Positions 31,363 through 41,723 of a stretch of 64,000 nt of DNA are shown one piece after another. Made by a program: the position numbers and the translations under genes. The number at the start of each line of letters is the position of its first letter. Positions within the stretch are counted from its first letter, which is position 1. The stretch is from a virus. Its lineage: Duplodnaviria > Caudoviricetes. The notes under the pieces were generated by a model that saw nothing but the letters and a program-made list of their open reading frames with translations, searched no databases and was not told the DNA's origin. The stretch spans positions 1 through 64,000 of the IMG/VR virus record IMGVR_UViG_3300014059_000970; one strand, given 5' to 3'.

Positions 31363-32186
31363 CCGAACTGATAGCCTTTAACCTCTTCTGGCACCGAACC
31401 AGAAGCCCTTATAGAATTTAGCTTCTCACACAACTCAGATGCTTTTGACTTGGTGATTTTCTTATAATTCTCTATCTTAATATCATTAGAAGCTAGCCAT
31501 TTCACACCATTAATATTCAAATCAGAGAAAGTTTTATCTATCATTTTCTCTTGTGTAGAATTAATAGTTTCGTATTGGTCTATGATTTCTTCTGGACTTA
31601 CTGCCTCTTCTGCGCTAATAACATTCTTTAGACGAAGTAACTTACGATAGGCTCTACTCTCTGCACGACTTTCTGCCATAGCTACTGGGTGAAGACTATA
31701 TGCGCCCTTACAATTATTACTTCCGGCGTCAGCACACCCATCTACGCTATATCCATTCTCTAATAGAATTCTTACTCTAACAGTAGCGTGATTATGATTG
31801 TCTGGAGTTGGCACTTGTGCAATTTCAGAAGACGACTCCGCTACATCATATCCTAAAACCTTTGGAGTTATCCTTCTTAATCCATCTAGAGTAGGATGCC
31901 CGTCTTGAAGTTCATCAGGGGCCATTTGACCTAATACCCACTTTGTCCAATTTGGGTCATCAAAGGTCATTAATTCTTCACCCTCTACTTCTACTCCGCT
32001 AACTTTTACAGAAGTCTCTGGTAGGGCGTTTTCTAAAATCGCATCATCTTCAGACTCCAATTCTCGTAGTTTAGCTACTACAGAACTTTTGGGAGTTAGA
32101 GAATCCGCTTCCTCTCTTGTTACTCCGTATTCATTTACTAACAAATCTCTTAACTCTGAAACCGACTTTGACGTTGTGTCAATCAT
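31350..32186 (-). CDS. Putative single-strand annealing protein (Rad52/Sak-like)
   Basis: PTLDGLRR...ATVRVRI...DGCADA...AMAESRAESRAYRKLL and C-terminal ITKSKASELCEKL, resembling phage SSAPs. Confidence 0.4.
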   Translation of the reverse strand: MIDTTSKSVSELRDLLVNEYGVTREEADSLTPKSSVVAKLRELESEDDAILENALPETSVKVSGVEVEGEELMTFDDPNWTKWVLGQMAPDELQDGHPTLDGLRRITPKVLGYDVAESSSEIAQVPTPDNHNHATVRVRILLENGYSVDGCADAGSNNCKGAYSLHPVAMAESRAESRAYRKLLRLKNVISAEEAVSPEEIIDQYETINSTQEKMIDKTFSDLNINGVKWLASNDIKIENYKKITKSKASELCEKLNSIRASGSVPEEVKGYQFGWRL

Positions 32187-33006
32187 ATTTATCTCCTAGT
32201 ACAATTCTTCGTTCACCCAGTTCTGGGAATTTAGTTCCTATTTTATTTAATATTTCGACTAAATCAGATACGAGTCTCAGTCCATAGGTTTTGGATAGAT
32301 TCTTTTTCTGCCTTAATCTAATGATGCAACAGCCAGCATTGAGCAAAAGACCGTCCTTAATATTATCCGTTTTTTGGGTCTTCTTTAAGTGTTCTTCTCC
32401 CCAAATTGGCTCAAAATGCGTTGGACCGTCAATTTCAACGGCGGTATTTAGTTTTGGCAGCCAAATGTCCAAGTGAACCTTTTCGTTAAGTAGACTTTGT
32501 TCTTTGTGAAACTCTACTTGAAAACCACGATTAAGAAGTTCTGCGACAACAAAGTGTTCTAATTTAGACCCATCTTTTGCTACCTGTAATCTCTTTTTTG
32601 TAGCCTTTTGTTGCATTTCTTCAATTTGAAGGGCCGACCTATTATTCCAGTTTTCCCTAGCAATTTCAGAACGCCTCTCCCTTTCTTCGTCAGAAATGTC
32701 TTCCCACTTATTTGCTACTGACTGCCCTATCTTTATTTTTTCTTCTTCGGTCCTTTGTCTTCCAGCAGTAGGATGTTCTACTCTTCCATTTGCTAATGCT
32801 AGAGCTTGGGCTTCTGACCTATTCCTAAATTGAAATCCAATCTTGGAAGCATGACGGCGAACCTTATTTGCATAGGTTCCGTATCTATCTCCAATTTGCG
32901 CCGTTGTTAACCCGGCCACATTATGACATTCATTCAATATAGCCTTTTGTAGCTCAACATCAAGTGCTAAAAAGTCGTTCCAGTTGTTTACCATTAAAGT
33001 CCTCAA
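32179..33006 (-). CDS. NUMOD3-like repeat + DUF559/Vsr-like endonuclease (probable homing endonuclease)
   Basis: GRQRTEEEKIKIG; SKLE...HLDIWLPKLNTAVEIDGPTHF...D.IKDGLL..AGCCIIR. Confidence 0.7.
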   Translation of the reverse strand: MRTLMVNNWNDFLALDVELQKAILNECHNVAGLTTAQIGDRYGTYANKVRRHASKIGFQFRNRSEAQALALANGRVEHPTAGRQRTEEEKIKIGQSVANKWEDISDEERERRSEIARENWNNRSALQIEEMQQKATKKRLQVAKDGSKLEHFVVAELLNRGFQVEFHKEQSLLNEKVHLDIWLPKLNTAVEIDGPTHFEPIWGEEHLKKTQKTDNIKDGLLLNAGCCIIRLRQKKNLSKTYGLRLVSDLVEILNKIGTKFPELGERRIVLGDKYD

Positions 33007-33403
33007 TTATTAATTCTGGTTCATGCCATGTGCTTGCTAGTATATCAAACCTATCTTGATTTCTAGCTATTAACTTATTACTAAATACTTTTCGTAACAT
33101 ATCAATAGGGTATGGCTGATAAATATACTCTAAATCCCATGGGTAATAGTATTTAACATTATCACCCATCATATTATTCATTACATTTGCTGTAAATATA
33201 TCTGTTGCAATAATTTTGCCGTCATACAAATAACCATAAAGTAGTTCTACGACAGGAAAATTAATTTTGTTTGGTATTGGGCCGGGCTCACAATAAAAAA
33301 CCGTAATGTTAATCTGGCTTGATAACTTATTTAGTTCAGCCGTCATACTTAAGAATTTTTGTGAATGGTCGGGCTTATCTATTAGAATTGCTAAGTTTTT
33401 CAA
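32960..33403 (-). CDS. Hypothetical protein of glycosyltransferase cluster (GT-B N-lobe-like)
   Basis: IIATDIFTA...KYYYPWDLE pattern; operon context. Confidence 0.4.
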   Translation of the reverse strand: MKNLAILIDKPDHSQKFLSMTAELNKLSSQINITVFYCEPGPIPNKINFPVVELLYGYLYDGKIIATDIFTANVMNNMMGDNVKYYYPWDLEYIYQPYPIDMLRKVFSNKLIARNQDRFDILASTWHEPELIIEDFNGKQLERLFST

Positions 33404-34076
33404 TTATTATTTGTCCTAGTTTATTTTCTGTGATTAAATTCTTCTTTTGAGATAGTACCATCGCGTCCCTATCTTTTTTTGAAAGTTCAAGTAGCTCAAT
33501 TGGATTTGGATGGTTATAGACGGATAAAATATTGTTATAAACTAATGAGTCTGACATTATTCTATTTGTACAGATTGTAAGTTTAGAAGACTTGCTCAAT
33601 TTAACTAAATCTTGCTGTGTGCCTAAACCCACATATCCTGGACAATTAATAAACGCGCCTATTATTTTTACTCTATACTTTTTATGTAGTTTATTATATA
33701 TGTCGTGTACAAACTCTTGGTTGTTGCCGTCAAATCCAATTACTATGTCCGATTCAAGTTCTTTGCTTGGAAGTTCGGGCTTGTACTTCATTGTATTCGC
33801 AAAACCAGGCAGATTCATCTCAAAGTTGTCTGGAAAGCGAATTTTTTCTCTTCCAAGGATAATTGTTTTCGGATTGGTTTTCTTCCTGAAATTATCAATC
33901 TCTGGTATTAGGGCAGAAGGCTCTGGTAAAACTAGAAAGTCGGGATTTTGTTCCTGAAATGCCCTATGAATATTTCTGTCAAATCCGGCGACCTGTTGGC
34001 CGTTAGTTCCAAATCCATTAGCTACGCCGTCTAGTTCTTCTCTATAAAAACTGTCTATACAAATCAAAAATTTCAT
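33375..34076 (-). CDS. Divergent glycosyltransferase-like protein
   Basis: NPDFLV...ANTMKYKP...ESDIV...YVGLG..QDLVKLSKSSKLTI pattern; context. Confidence 0.35.
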   Translation of the reverse strand: MKFLICIDSFYREELDGVANGFGTNGQQVAGFDRNIHRAFQEQNPDFLVLPEPSALIPEIDNFRKKTNPKTIILGREKIRFPDNFEMNLPGFANTMKYKPELPSKELESDIVIGFDGNNQEFVHDIYNKLHKKYRVKIIGAFINCPGYVGLGTQQDLVKLSKSSKLTICTNRIMSDSLVYNNILSVYNHPNPIELLELSKKDRDAMVLSQKKNLITENKLGQIIIEKLSNSNR

Positions 34077-34756
34077 ATTTGTTCCATTAATTTTAAATCA
34101 TATGAAGAGTCTATATCAATAGCCCTTCCGTTAATCGGCTCGAATACTTTAAATATTCCGCCACGAGTTATTATATCGTTGATTGCTTCAAAGCCAAACC
34201 AATAAGATGTTTTTTCTTGTTTAAGTATTTGCTTTAAGATGTCCAGCTCTGGTCCGGTGAAAAAGGCAATTTGCGCCCATTTTGTTGGAATTTTATAGAA
34301 GACGTTTTCTAAAACTCCGTTATTGTAAATACATCCAACTTCTTCATCTTTCATTATAGAAGACACGACAACGGCAGACTCTTTATTAAATGGCAGGTCT
34401 ATACACTGTTTGTTAAATACAAGGTCGCCATATACTACTAATACTTTATTTGTCTTTGCCTTTTTTAGACCCAGTCCAATACTATATAACACATTGGTTG
34501 ACTCGTAATCTTTATTATAGATAAAGCGCACATTCTTTACATCTGACGATAACTTATCAAATTGATATCCACCAACTACAATAATCTCACAGTGCCTAAA
34601 GCACGAGTTAATAATCTCTATCTGTTTTGATAGGATTGTGTGTTCATCATTAATTTTAACTAAAGACTTTGGACCATAAATTTTCATTCTTTTGCCAAGA
34701 CCGGCTGCTGGAATTATTATTGTGTATTTGTCTCTATAAGAAGGCCTGGATTCCAT
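34073..34756 (-). CDS. Nucleotidyltransferase (NTP_transf; sugar-phosphate/phosphocholine cytidylyltransferase-like)
   Basis: IIIPAAGLGKRM...GPKSL, IIVVGGY, YNKDYESTN..YSI, YGDLVF, DIDSSYDL. Confidence 0.85.
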   Translation of the reverse strand: MESRPSYRDKYTIIIPAAGLGKRMKIYGPKSLVKINDEHTILSKQIEIINSCFRHCEIIVVGGYQFDKLSSDVKNVRFIYNKDYESTNVLYSIGLGLKKAKTNKVLVVYGDLVFNKQCIDLPFNKESAVVVSSIMKDEEVGCIYNNGVLENVFYKIPTKWAQIAFFTGPELDILKQILKQEKTSYWFGFEAINDIITRGGIFKVFEPINGRAIDIDSSYDLKLMEQI

Positions 34757-35121
34757 GAAAAAATAACTTTTGGTATATGTATTCCTATTTCTTGACTTAA
34801 TAACTGTAATAGTAATTCACTGATATTTTCCTTGTCTCCAGCTAGAGGAATCTGCGTTCTAACAAATATAGGAGAGTTTAAGTTAAATCCCTTATGAATA
34901 ATATCTGGACAGAATGAGGGGTTATATCTAATAACTTCATATCCATTATGTATTTCCTTTATGTCTCCATATAGAACTTTATTAATTGTGGTTTGAAAGG
35001 TGTCCTCTATTATTTTTCTATTAAGAACGCTAAAGCCATCGGGAACCAATCCGTAAATAACATTAGGATTTGGATTTTTCAGTAAATCGAGAAACTCTTT
35101 AATTGTTTTTACAATATGCAT
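34717..35121 (-). CDS. Hypothetical protein, possibly degenerate GT-A fragment
   Basis: VLYGD...PSF...PIFVR...HIPKVIF resembles the GT2 C-terminal half. Confidence 0.3.
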   Translation of the reverse strand: MHIVKTIKEFLDLLKNPNPNVIYGLVPDGFSVLNRKIIEDTFQTTINKVLYGDIKEIHNGYEVIRYNPSFCPDIIHKGFNLNSPIFVRTQIPLAGDKENISELLLQLLSQEIGIHIPKVIFSWNPGLLIETNTQ

Positions 35122-35813
35122 TTTTGTTTATTTCTTTCTAGTCTTAACATTAGTAAAAACTTTTTAGTATATTCAAAGTAATAGCTATTATATATATATG
35201 GAGATATCAACATCATTGCTTGTTTCTTATTTTCTGCATATGAAAATTTCAACAGCTCTTCTTGTATCTTTTTAGTAATTACTTTTGGCCACTTGTTGTT
35301 AACTTCTGGAAATCCGTTTATGATAAGAAGAAATTCTCGCCTGTTATAGTTCTTAAATATAATGTGCCAGCTATCGTCTTCTAATTCAAAATGAATGTTC
35401 CACTTTATACCAGAACCCTCTAAAGTCTCTTTAACTAACTCCATTAGCTTTTCGTTTTTATCTGGATTGTCTTTGACGATTACATATAGTTCTTTTGGAG
35501 GATTATCAAAACGCCTAATTTTATTTAGGGAGTCCTTTAGGATTTCTCCTTCTAGGAATAAAACTATAGGAATATATTGTATTAGGTTTTCTTTTTGTAT
35601 TTTTTGAACTAGGTCGGTTGTATCCTTTTGCTCTTCTAACCAAGACTCTGGTCTATAATATGGACAAACAAAGTCTTTTATAACCGTGCCGTTTTCTGTT
35701 CGTATGACTTTTAGACCTTTTTCTCTATAGAATTGAGCCCTACCAATACGACAATCAATTTTATCATTGTAAAAGATACATCCCTTACAGTTCGTGTCTG
35801 GTGGTGCAAACAT
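35109..35813 (-). CDS. Hypothetical protein with N-terminal Cys motif
   Basis: CKGCIF...C...CPYYR; operon context. Confidence 0.5.
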   Translation of the reverse strand: MFAPPDTNCKGCIFYNDKIDCRIGRAQFYREKGLKVIRTENGTVIKDFVCPYYRPESWLEEQKDTTDLVQKIQKENLIQYIPIVLFLEGEILKDSLNKIRRFDNPPKELYVIVKDNPDKNEKLMELVKETLEGSGIKWNIHFELEDDSWHIIFKNYNRREFLLIINGFPEVNNKWPKVITKKIQEELLKFSYAENKKQAMMLISPYIYNSYYFEYTKKFLLMLRLERNKQKCIL

Positions 35814-36132
35814 AATGACAATTGTCTCTCTTTGTTGATATTGTCTTGAAGTTAAATTGGGCCAAAAAGCGCTTAATATTATCTAGGGTGTCCATTGACT
35901 TCACCGCACCAATCATTGAGTTAATCTCATCTATAGATTTTGAAGAATCTGAAACAGCCCTAGCAAAATCAAATACCTCTATACCAATTATCGTCAATGT
36001 TCCACCAATTGCAAATTTCGGTAATATTTGCTGTATTACATTGTATTTCTCTTTAAGCTCAAGTGGGTCTAAATTAACTGTCGCGTTATTCACAGACCCG
36101 TCCGGTTGGGACAAAATTTCCTGAATGTTCAT
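35785..36132 (-). CDS. Hypothetical protein, possibly degenerate SAM-methyltransferase fold
   Basis: ILPKFAIGGTLTIIGIE resembles the LKPGG motif; no SAM-binding glycine loop is visible. Confidence 0.3.
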   Translation of the reverse strand: MNIQEILSQPDGSVNNATVNLDPLELKEKYNVIQQILPKFAIGGTLTIIGIEVFDFARAVSDSSKSIDEINSMIGAVKSMDTLDNIKRFLAQFNFKTISTKRDNCHYVCTTRHEL

Positions 36133-37079
36133 TCTATGTATACCCTAGAAGCATGCTTGCTAAGTTCCTCCCTCCATCTATTAATAAACATAGGCTGGCT
36201 AAACTTAGAATGCAAATTAGTTTTAAAATTACTAATCTTATTATATAGGGCTTTATCGAAAGATAGCTCTTTTATTTTGGAAATTATTTCTTCTTGGGTT
36301 GTAACTTGTATACAGTTGAGGTTTTGTTCTAATAGTCCTTGGTATATTGGCCACCCATATGTTACGATTGGCACGCTATTATTAAGAGCATATAATATAT
36401 CATAATTAATATCAGCCTGTGGAGCGGTATTGACGAATAACCTAGCCCTTCTAAAAAGACCTTTGTAATCTTCAAATGTTTCTACTTGACCGGCGTATGG
36501 TAGATTTGGATGATGTCCTATAAAAACGGCCGATGGGAAATTTTGTTTAATTAGATTTATAAGTCCCATATCATGCTGTAAAGATACGGTACAAAGTATA
36601 TCTATGTCTTTTTCGCTTTCCCAGTTTTTTGGAACTATGCCATAATTAATACAAGTGTCCGATTCATACTGTTGTTGAACATATTCTGACGTTGATATAT
36701 GTGGGAACGGAGTTAGTTGCTTATTCTTTTCTCTAAAAAACGCATTTTGATTGTTCTGGTCATGGTCAATAATAAGACCAGGCGCGTGCAACTGTCTGCA
36801 TATTTGGAAAAACTGATTATGGGCATGTCTGCTATTAAAGATAACAAGGTCTATATCAACATGGTGTACTTCGTTTAAATCCCTAAAAATATGTAGGTTT
36901 TTATATTCGGCCTTCATAAATCCAGGCCACTGATATGCCGACATGTCTAGACAACCATAAAAGTCGTGGCCGGTTTGTAATAATTCAACATCAAACTTGC
37001 CGTCATAGAAGAAGGTAAGAATGTTTAACTTGCCGTCTTTTTTTGTGGCTTTTCTTACTAAATTACTTATTATAGACAT
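36129..37079 (-). CDS. Glycosyltransferase (GT-B/GT4-like)
   Basis: INYGI, FRRARLFVNT, LYALNNSVPIVT, KFSQPMFINRW. Confidence 0.65.
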   Translation of the reverse strand: MSIISNLVRKATKKDGKLNILTFFYDGKFDVELLQTGHDFYGCLDMSAYQWPGFMKAEYKNLHIFRDLNEVHHVDIDLVIFNSRHAHNQFFQICRQLHAPGLIIDHDQNNQNAFFREKNKQLTPFPHISTSEYVQQQYESDTCINYGIVPKNWESEKDIDILCTVSLQHDMGLINLIKQNFPSAVFIGHHPNLPYAGQVETFEDYKGLFRRARLFVNTAPQADINYDILYALNNSVPIVTYGWPIYQGLLEQNLNCIQVTTQEEIISKIKELSFDKALYNKISNFKTNLHSKFSQPMFINRWREELSKHASRVYIE

Positions 37080-38130
37080 CTAAACACTCCTTCATTTTAT
37101 TTGCAACTGTTTGATATGAAAATTTATCTAGAATAAATTGTCTAGTGTCGGACTTTTCACGACTTTTATATTCGTGTCGCATTGCGTCTTGTAGGTCAAG
37201 TATATCAATTTCCTGCCATGTTTCATTTCCAGTATATATGTGCGGTAATGGAGGATGCTTACAATCTATTGGAGTTTCAACACTATTTACTCCTATAAGA
37301 TTTGGATAAAAAATTGACATAGGAAATGTATTATTTGTGCAAATCACAGGATTATTAAAATAAAGGGCGTCCATAATAGGCATACAAAATGCCTCTCCAC
37401 GAGAAGGACAAACAAAACAATCACACATCTTATGTATTGAGTATATGTCTTGTTCAGATATGGCGCTTTTAATAATAATTTCTGGAATATATTCCTTTCT
37501 TAATCTGGCTCGCGTTCTCCATTCGTTTATTTCTCCAGCCAAGTCGGTTTCATTGGTCTTAATCAAAAGAGTTACGTCTTCTTGTGGACTAAATTCTCTA
37601 TGAAAAGCCTTAACTAGAGCTAGGATATTCTTACGCTCATTGTTCTCACCAATAAAGTAGAATATGTACTTGCCATCGGCCTCTTGTAAATTAAATGGCT
37701 CTGGTTCAGCAATAGGGGCTTTATATGGAATTGGAACAATGTTTATTTTTACCTTTACTCCACTAGATACAAGACTTTGCTTTTCCATTTCAGAGTTAAC
37801 CCATACTTCATCAAGTAGGTTTATCTTTTGGACCCAGCCGGTCTTTTGAAGATTTCTTGTTTCTGTAAAGAACACGCCTATATTATAGCAGTCGTGACTT
37901 TCTAATAGGTCTGGTAGAACATTTTGAATTAGAACATCTATCTTGTCTAATTTTGTATTTTCGGCAGCTTCTGCTCTTTTTGAAATCTTACCACCGTTGC
38001 CACCCATATATACGGGCCTTGCAGCAACTTTATGGCCGGTCATTAATAGGGCGTCTAGATACCTTCGAGCGGCGATACTCCAACCATCTGTGTCGGGGCC
38101 ACGATATTGTGCTAAAAATAATATATTCAT
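37063..38130 (-). CDS. Glycosyltransferase family 4 (GT-B)
   Basis: ERKNILALVKAF, DCFVCPSRGEAFCMPIMDAL...PVICT. Confidence 0.85.
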   Translation of the reverse strand: MNILFLAQYRGPDTDGWSIAARRYLDALLMTGHKVAARPVYMGGNGGKISKRAEAAENTKLDKIDVLIQNVLPDLLESHDCYNIGVFFTETRNLQKTGWVQKINLLDEVWVNSEMEKQSLVSSGVKVKINIVPIPYKAPIAEPEPFNLQEADGKYIFYFIGENNERKNILALVKAFHREFSPQEDVTLLIKTNETDLAGEINEWRTRARLRKEYIPEIIIKSAISEQDIYSIHKMCDCFVCPSRGEAFCMPIMDALYFNNPVICTNNTFPMSIFYPNLIGVNSVETPIDCKHPPLPHIYTGNETWQEIDILDLQDAMRHEYKSREKSDTRQFILDKFSYQTVANKMKECLDVYNK

Positions 38131-38849
38131 TGGTTATACTCTGTTATAATTTTACATATGCGTATTAGTTCGTCTTGACTATATACGCCCTTCATCATAT
38201 TAATCATTTTGTGGACCCACTGGACATTTCCAACTATATATCCTTTTTTATTATTAATTCTATCTAACGAAGCTGTTCTATCTGGTTGTTGGCCAAGTTC
38301 TAATTGAATACCAGATATGGCACATTTGCCGTTTTGTCTATCCCATAATTCTTGCAGATATTCAATGGTAATGTTAAATTCTTTATTTCTAGATACCGCT
38401 TCTCGTTTTAGAGTTGACCAAAACTTACCAGGAATATCTTTAAAACCAGCCCATCTTGGGTTTTTGTTTCCCTTAATATCTGGAATTTTTCTATATAGTG
38501 GTTTTTTACGATTTGTGTAGTCTACATTTCTTTCAATACATTTTGATTCACCACAACATTTAACATCTCCACATAATAATTCATGAGTAGTAACATTTCG
38601 TTTTTTTCCACATTCACATATACATTCGTTTTCATAGCTACCATTTTTCTTAGAATCGAGCCTTTTAACTACAAACAATTTATTTATAGTTTGCCCAGCT
38701 AGTTCTTTAATATTGTTTCGTTTTTCGCTAGAGATACGGCGATTAATGCTTTGTATAGAACAATTGTATATTTTTGAAATTTCTATTGTACTATAACCGT
38801 CTAAATACAATTGGTTAATTTCTTCAATAGGTAAATTTAATTTTTTCAT
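38127..38849 (-). mobile_element. HNH-type homing endonuclease-like protein (start probably ATG 38849)
   Basis: CICECG; QNGKCAISG...ASLDRINNKKGY..GNVQWVHKMINMMKG; N-terminal HTH. Confidence 0.75.
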
Positions 38850-38882
38850 TTTATAACCATATAGGATAGTTTTGTATAACAT

Positions 38883-38892
38883 ATTGTACACC
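38883..38892 (-). promoter_or_regulatory. Promoter-like motif GGTGTACAAT upstream of HNH gene and glycosyltransferase operon
   Basis: One-mismatch variant of GGTGTATAAT; lies between genes if the HNH gene starts at 38849. Confidence 0.45.
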
Positions 38893-38928
38893 GATTGTTG
38901 ATTCTCTATACAGTTATTTAAATAAATT

Positions 38929-39600
38929 TTAACTAGATTCTTCCTCTTTAAAGCAGTTGCGAAATTTGTCTTTTCTAAATCCAGCCTTGAAATACTTTAG
39001 ACACCTAGAAATAATCATCGCTTCGTCAAATACGTCAGCCAAGGCGGTGTGGGCCGCACTTTTAGGCATTCCAAAATATTCTCGTAAACTATCCATCGAA
39101 CGACTTTTTAATGTACTGTCCCATACTAGTAATAAGTGGGCAATATGTCTTAAGTCTATAATCTCGTGATTAAATAGGCGCTTAATCTTAAATTTCTCAT
39201 TAAGTCTATTAGCTATAATAAGGTCGAAGTTAATAATGTTAACTCCACTAGCTATAGGGGCGTCGTATTGAGTCTTGCCCTTATTATACTTTTCAACGTG
39301 CTGTACGAACTGTGGCCATACAACTTCTAATAGTGGTGATTCTGACCACTTCTTTAATAGTTCTTCTTGAGTGCATCCACGAAGTTTACAGTGCCATGCT
39401 ATTGTTTTGATTCTATCGTCAGTTAAGTATGTAGCTAAATCGTCTATTCCTTCTGGACGAATATTTGAATTAAACTCACTACCGGGAATAATATCCAAAG
39501 TAAATGGGTCAATAATAACACAAGCCAGTTCTACAGGATTACATGTTTCTGGAGTTGGCAAATCTATTTCATAGTCAAACACACAAATTGGTTTTAACAT
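38929..39600 (-). CDS. dnaQ: DEDDh 3'-5' exonuclease (DnaQ/epsilon-like)
   Basis: ExoI VFDYE, ExoII NIINFD, ExoIII AHTALAD. Confidence 0.8.
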   Translation of the reverse strand: MLKPICVFDYEIDLPTPETCNPVELACVIIDPFTLDIIPGSEFNSNIRPEGIDDLATYLTDDRIKTIAWHCKLRGCTQEELLKKWSESPLLEVVWPQFVQHVEKYNKGKTQYDAPIASGVNIINFDLIIANRLNEKFKIKRLFNHEIIDLRHIAHLLLVWDSTLKSRSMDSLREYFGMPKSAAHTALADVFDEAMIISRCLKYFKAGFRKDKFRNCFKEEESS

Positions 39601-41270
39601 TAATTTCCTTTTTCTATTAAATGCGCGAATTCGATAAAGTCTGGATAATTTAATTGGTCCATACCAACCCTAGCTCGCTCTCCTAAAATCTTATTAGTTC
39701 CTAACGCCTTACATATATTATATATTGTCTCTCTATTAATTCCGTTAAAACCCTGTCCAGGATTTGTAAATCCTCCATTATTTAACCAAGAGAGCCATTG
39801 TACTCCAGTATAGTTATGTGCTAGCTGCGGATTCTTTGCTACTTCTGACGTTGCCCACAATATGAATTCTTTGTTTGTTAATCCTTCAATCATGTTTGGT
39901 ATGTTCATATCGCCTATTTGTATTGGAGCGTCCCACTTACCTTGTAGACCAGTTAATTTAATTGATTCAAAATGTGCCGTTAATTTATTTGCACAAATGT
40001 CCCAATCAAAATTCTTCTCGGCTCCTTCTCTAGCTGACCTACTGCGCTTTTCTTTATACTTTTTATCTAAAGACAGAAACTTATAGAAGGCTTCCGCTGC
40101 AAACTCATTATCTGGAGCAACCCTATCTGCCTTCATTTGTAAATCACGAGGAATGCTCGCTGGCTTTAATGGAATTCCATGTGTTAATTTTACACAGTCT
40201 TCCATTGCAGAATAATCTACAGAGGCAATTACCACCCCACAGGCCGCTGCTTCTAATTGGCCCAATCCAAGACCTTCGCAGTTAGCATATTGGACATATA
40301 AATCCATTGTATTATATGCGTCTACTAATTGGTCTTCTGTATATCCGTTTCCAACACTAGGAATCGCCGCATCTGGACTATTACTAAAGTGTGACCATAC
40401 TGGCGCACTTAATGGTCTTCCTCCTCCACAAAACTTGGACACGAAATGTTTTCTTGTCCTATTGCAAACATAGCTAAAGTATACCCTATTCATTAGTCCG
40501 AATTCATTTAATAAATCGGGCAAGTCCCATCCGTTATCTGGATAGCTTGTGTGTAAATAAAGGTAGGTCTTTTTACCTATTTCTGTATTGCCGTACTTAT
40601 CTAGATAGATTCTAAATGCCTTGAATAATTCAGCAAATAACTTTCTTGGCTGATTACGCATTGTCGTGCCAATAATATAGGCGTCTTCTGGAAGGCCCAT
40701 TCTCTTTCTGGCTTCTATCTTGTCTTTTACTTTATAGATTTTTGTATCTACGCCGGGGTATAATGCCCCTAAAGGATTGAATCCATACTTTCGTAGATAT
40801 GGAATGCACCAGTCCGCATAAGTAAACATTGAGTCTGAATCTTTAAAATTATCAAACCAACTTACTTGTTGTGGAATACTATCGCATGTATATGATGTGC
40901 AAAAGTGAAAGAACTTCCTAAATGGAGAAGAATGAACGTGGTTAGCGTTCCACGGGTCTTGGAAGGTAAAAACAATATCTGGCTTGAAATCTAAAGCTAT
41001 ACGGTCAAATCTCCAAGCTCCATAGCAATTATTTTGTGCGTTAGAATTAAAAAAATCAAATTCTGGATGGCCGGGCCTTACTGCAACCGGGTAGCACTTC
41101 CATTTAACATGAGAATAATCGCTGTCTTCTATTGCTCCAAAACCAGATAGCTCTGCTACCTCAAACTTATCATTAGCAACTAGGCGAGGAATTAGTTCTC
41201 TACCTATCTTACCAAAACCACTTTTTGCAGAAGAAATTTCTGTGTGGAATAATATCTTTATCTTTTTCAT
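39600..41270 (-). CDS. Glycosyltransferase family 4 (GT-B)
   Basis: SGFGK, FKPDIVF, PGVD, RNQPRK, YNTMDLYV..ANCEGLGLGQLEAAACG. Confidence 0.85.
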   Translation of the reverse strand: MKKIKILFHTEISSAKSGFGKIGRELIPRLVANDKFEVAELSGFGAIEDSDYSHVKWKCYPVAVRPGHPEFDFFNSNAQNNCYGAWRFDRIALDFKPDIVFTFQDPWNANHVHSSPFRKFFHFCTSYTCDSIPQQVSWFDNFKDSDSMFTYADWCIPYLRKYGFNPLGALYPGVDTKIYKVKDKIEARKRMGLPEDAYIIGTTMRNQPRKLFAELFKAFRIYLDKYGNTEIGKKTYLYLHTSYPDNGWDLPDLLNEFGLMNRVYFSYVCNRTRKHFVSKFCGGGRPLSAPVWSHFSNSPDAAIPSVGNGYTEDQLVDAYNTMDLYVQYANCEGLGLGQLEAAACGVVIASVDYSAMEDCVKLTHGIPLKPASIPRDLQMKADRVAPDNEFAAEAFYKFLSLDKKYKEKRSRSAREGAEKNFDWDICANKLTAHFESIKLTGLQGKWDAPIQIGDMNIPNMIEGLTNKEFILWATSEVAKNPQLAHNYTGVQWLSWLNNGGFTNPGQGFNGINRETIYNICKALGTNKILGERARVGMDQLNYPDFIEFAHLIEKGN

Positions 41271-41278
41271 TATGACCT

Positions 41279-41324
41279 TAAATAAAAATAGTGGGGACAG
41301 ACACCATCGTCAGCCCCACTATTT
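41279..41324 (-). terminator. Intrinsic terminator after ssb
   Basis: AAATAGTGGGG...CCCCACTATTT inverted repeat followed by a T-rich tract on the - strand. Confidence 0.7.
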
Positions 41325-41326
41325 AA

Positions 41327-41713
41327 TTAAAATGGGATGTCTGCTCCGTCGCCCTTACTATTTCCAACACCAGCTAATTCTGGTTCTGGCTCTTGAACAC
41401 TTCCGGTGTCCTTCTTATAGCCACTAAAAACAGTAAGCCTATTGGCATTAACAACTATCTTACTTCTCTTACTGCCGTCAGACTCCCATCTTTCTTGACG
41501 TAGTTCTCCTTCTACTAGAACCGCGTCTCCCTTTGATGGAACCTTCTTACCCCATGACTTAACATCAAAATAATCGGTTTCATCTACCCATTGGTCGCCC
41601 TTCTTAACTCTACGATTAACCGCTACCCCAAACTCTACCACGCTGTTGCCACTTGCAAAAGTCTTAACTTCTGCGTCTCTTGTGACATTTCCTTGTAATT
41701 GAACACTGTTCAT
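41327..41713 (-). CDS. ssb: Single-stranded DNA-binding protein
   Basis: MNSVQLQGNVTRDAE...VLVEGELRQERWE, acidic DIPF tail; GGAGG RBS before ATG 41713. Confidence 0.95.
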   Translation of the reverse strand: MNSVQLQGNVTRDAEVKTFASGNSVVEFGVAVNRRVKKGDQWVDETDYFDVKSWGKKVPSKGDAVLVEGELRQERWESDGSKRSKIVVNANRLTVFSGYKKDTGSVQEPEPELAGVGNSKGDGADIPF

Positions 41714-41723
41714 CTTTGTCCTC

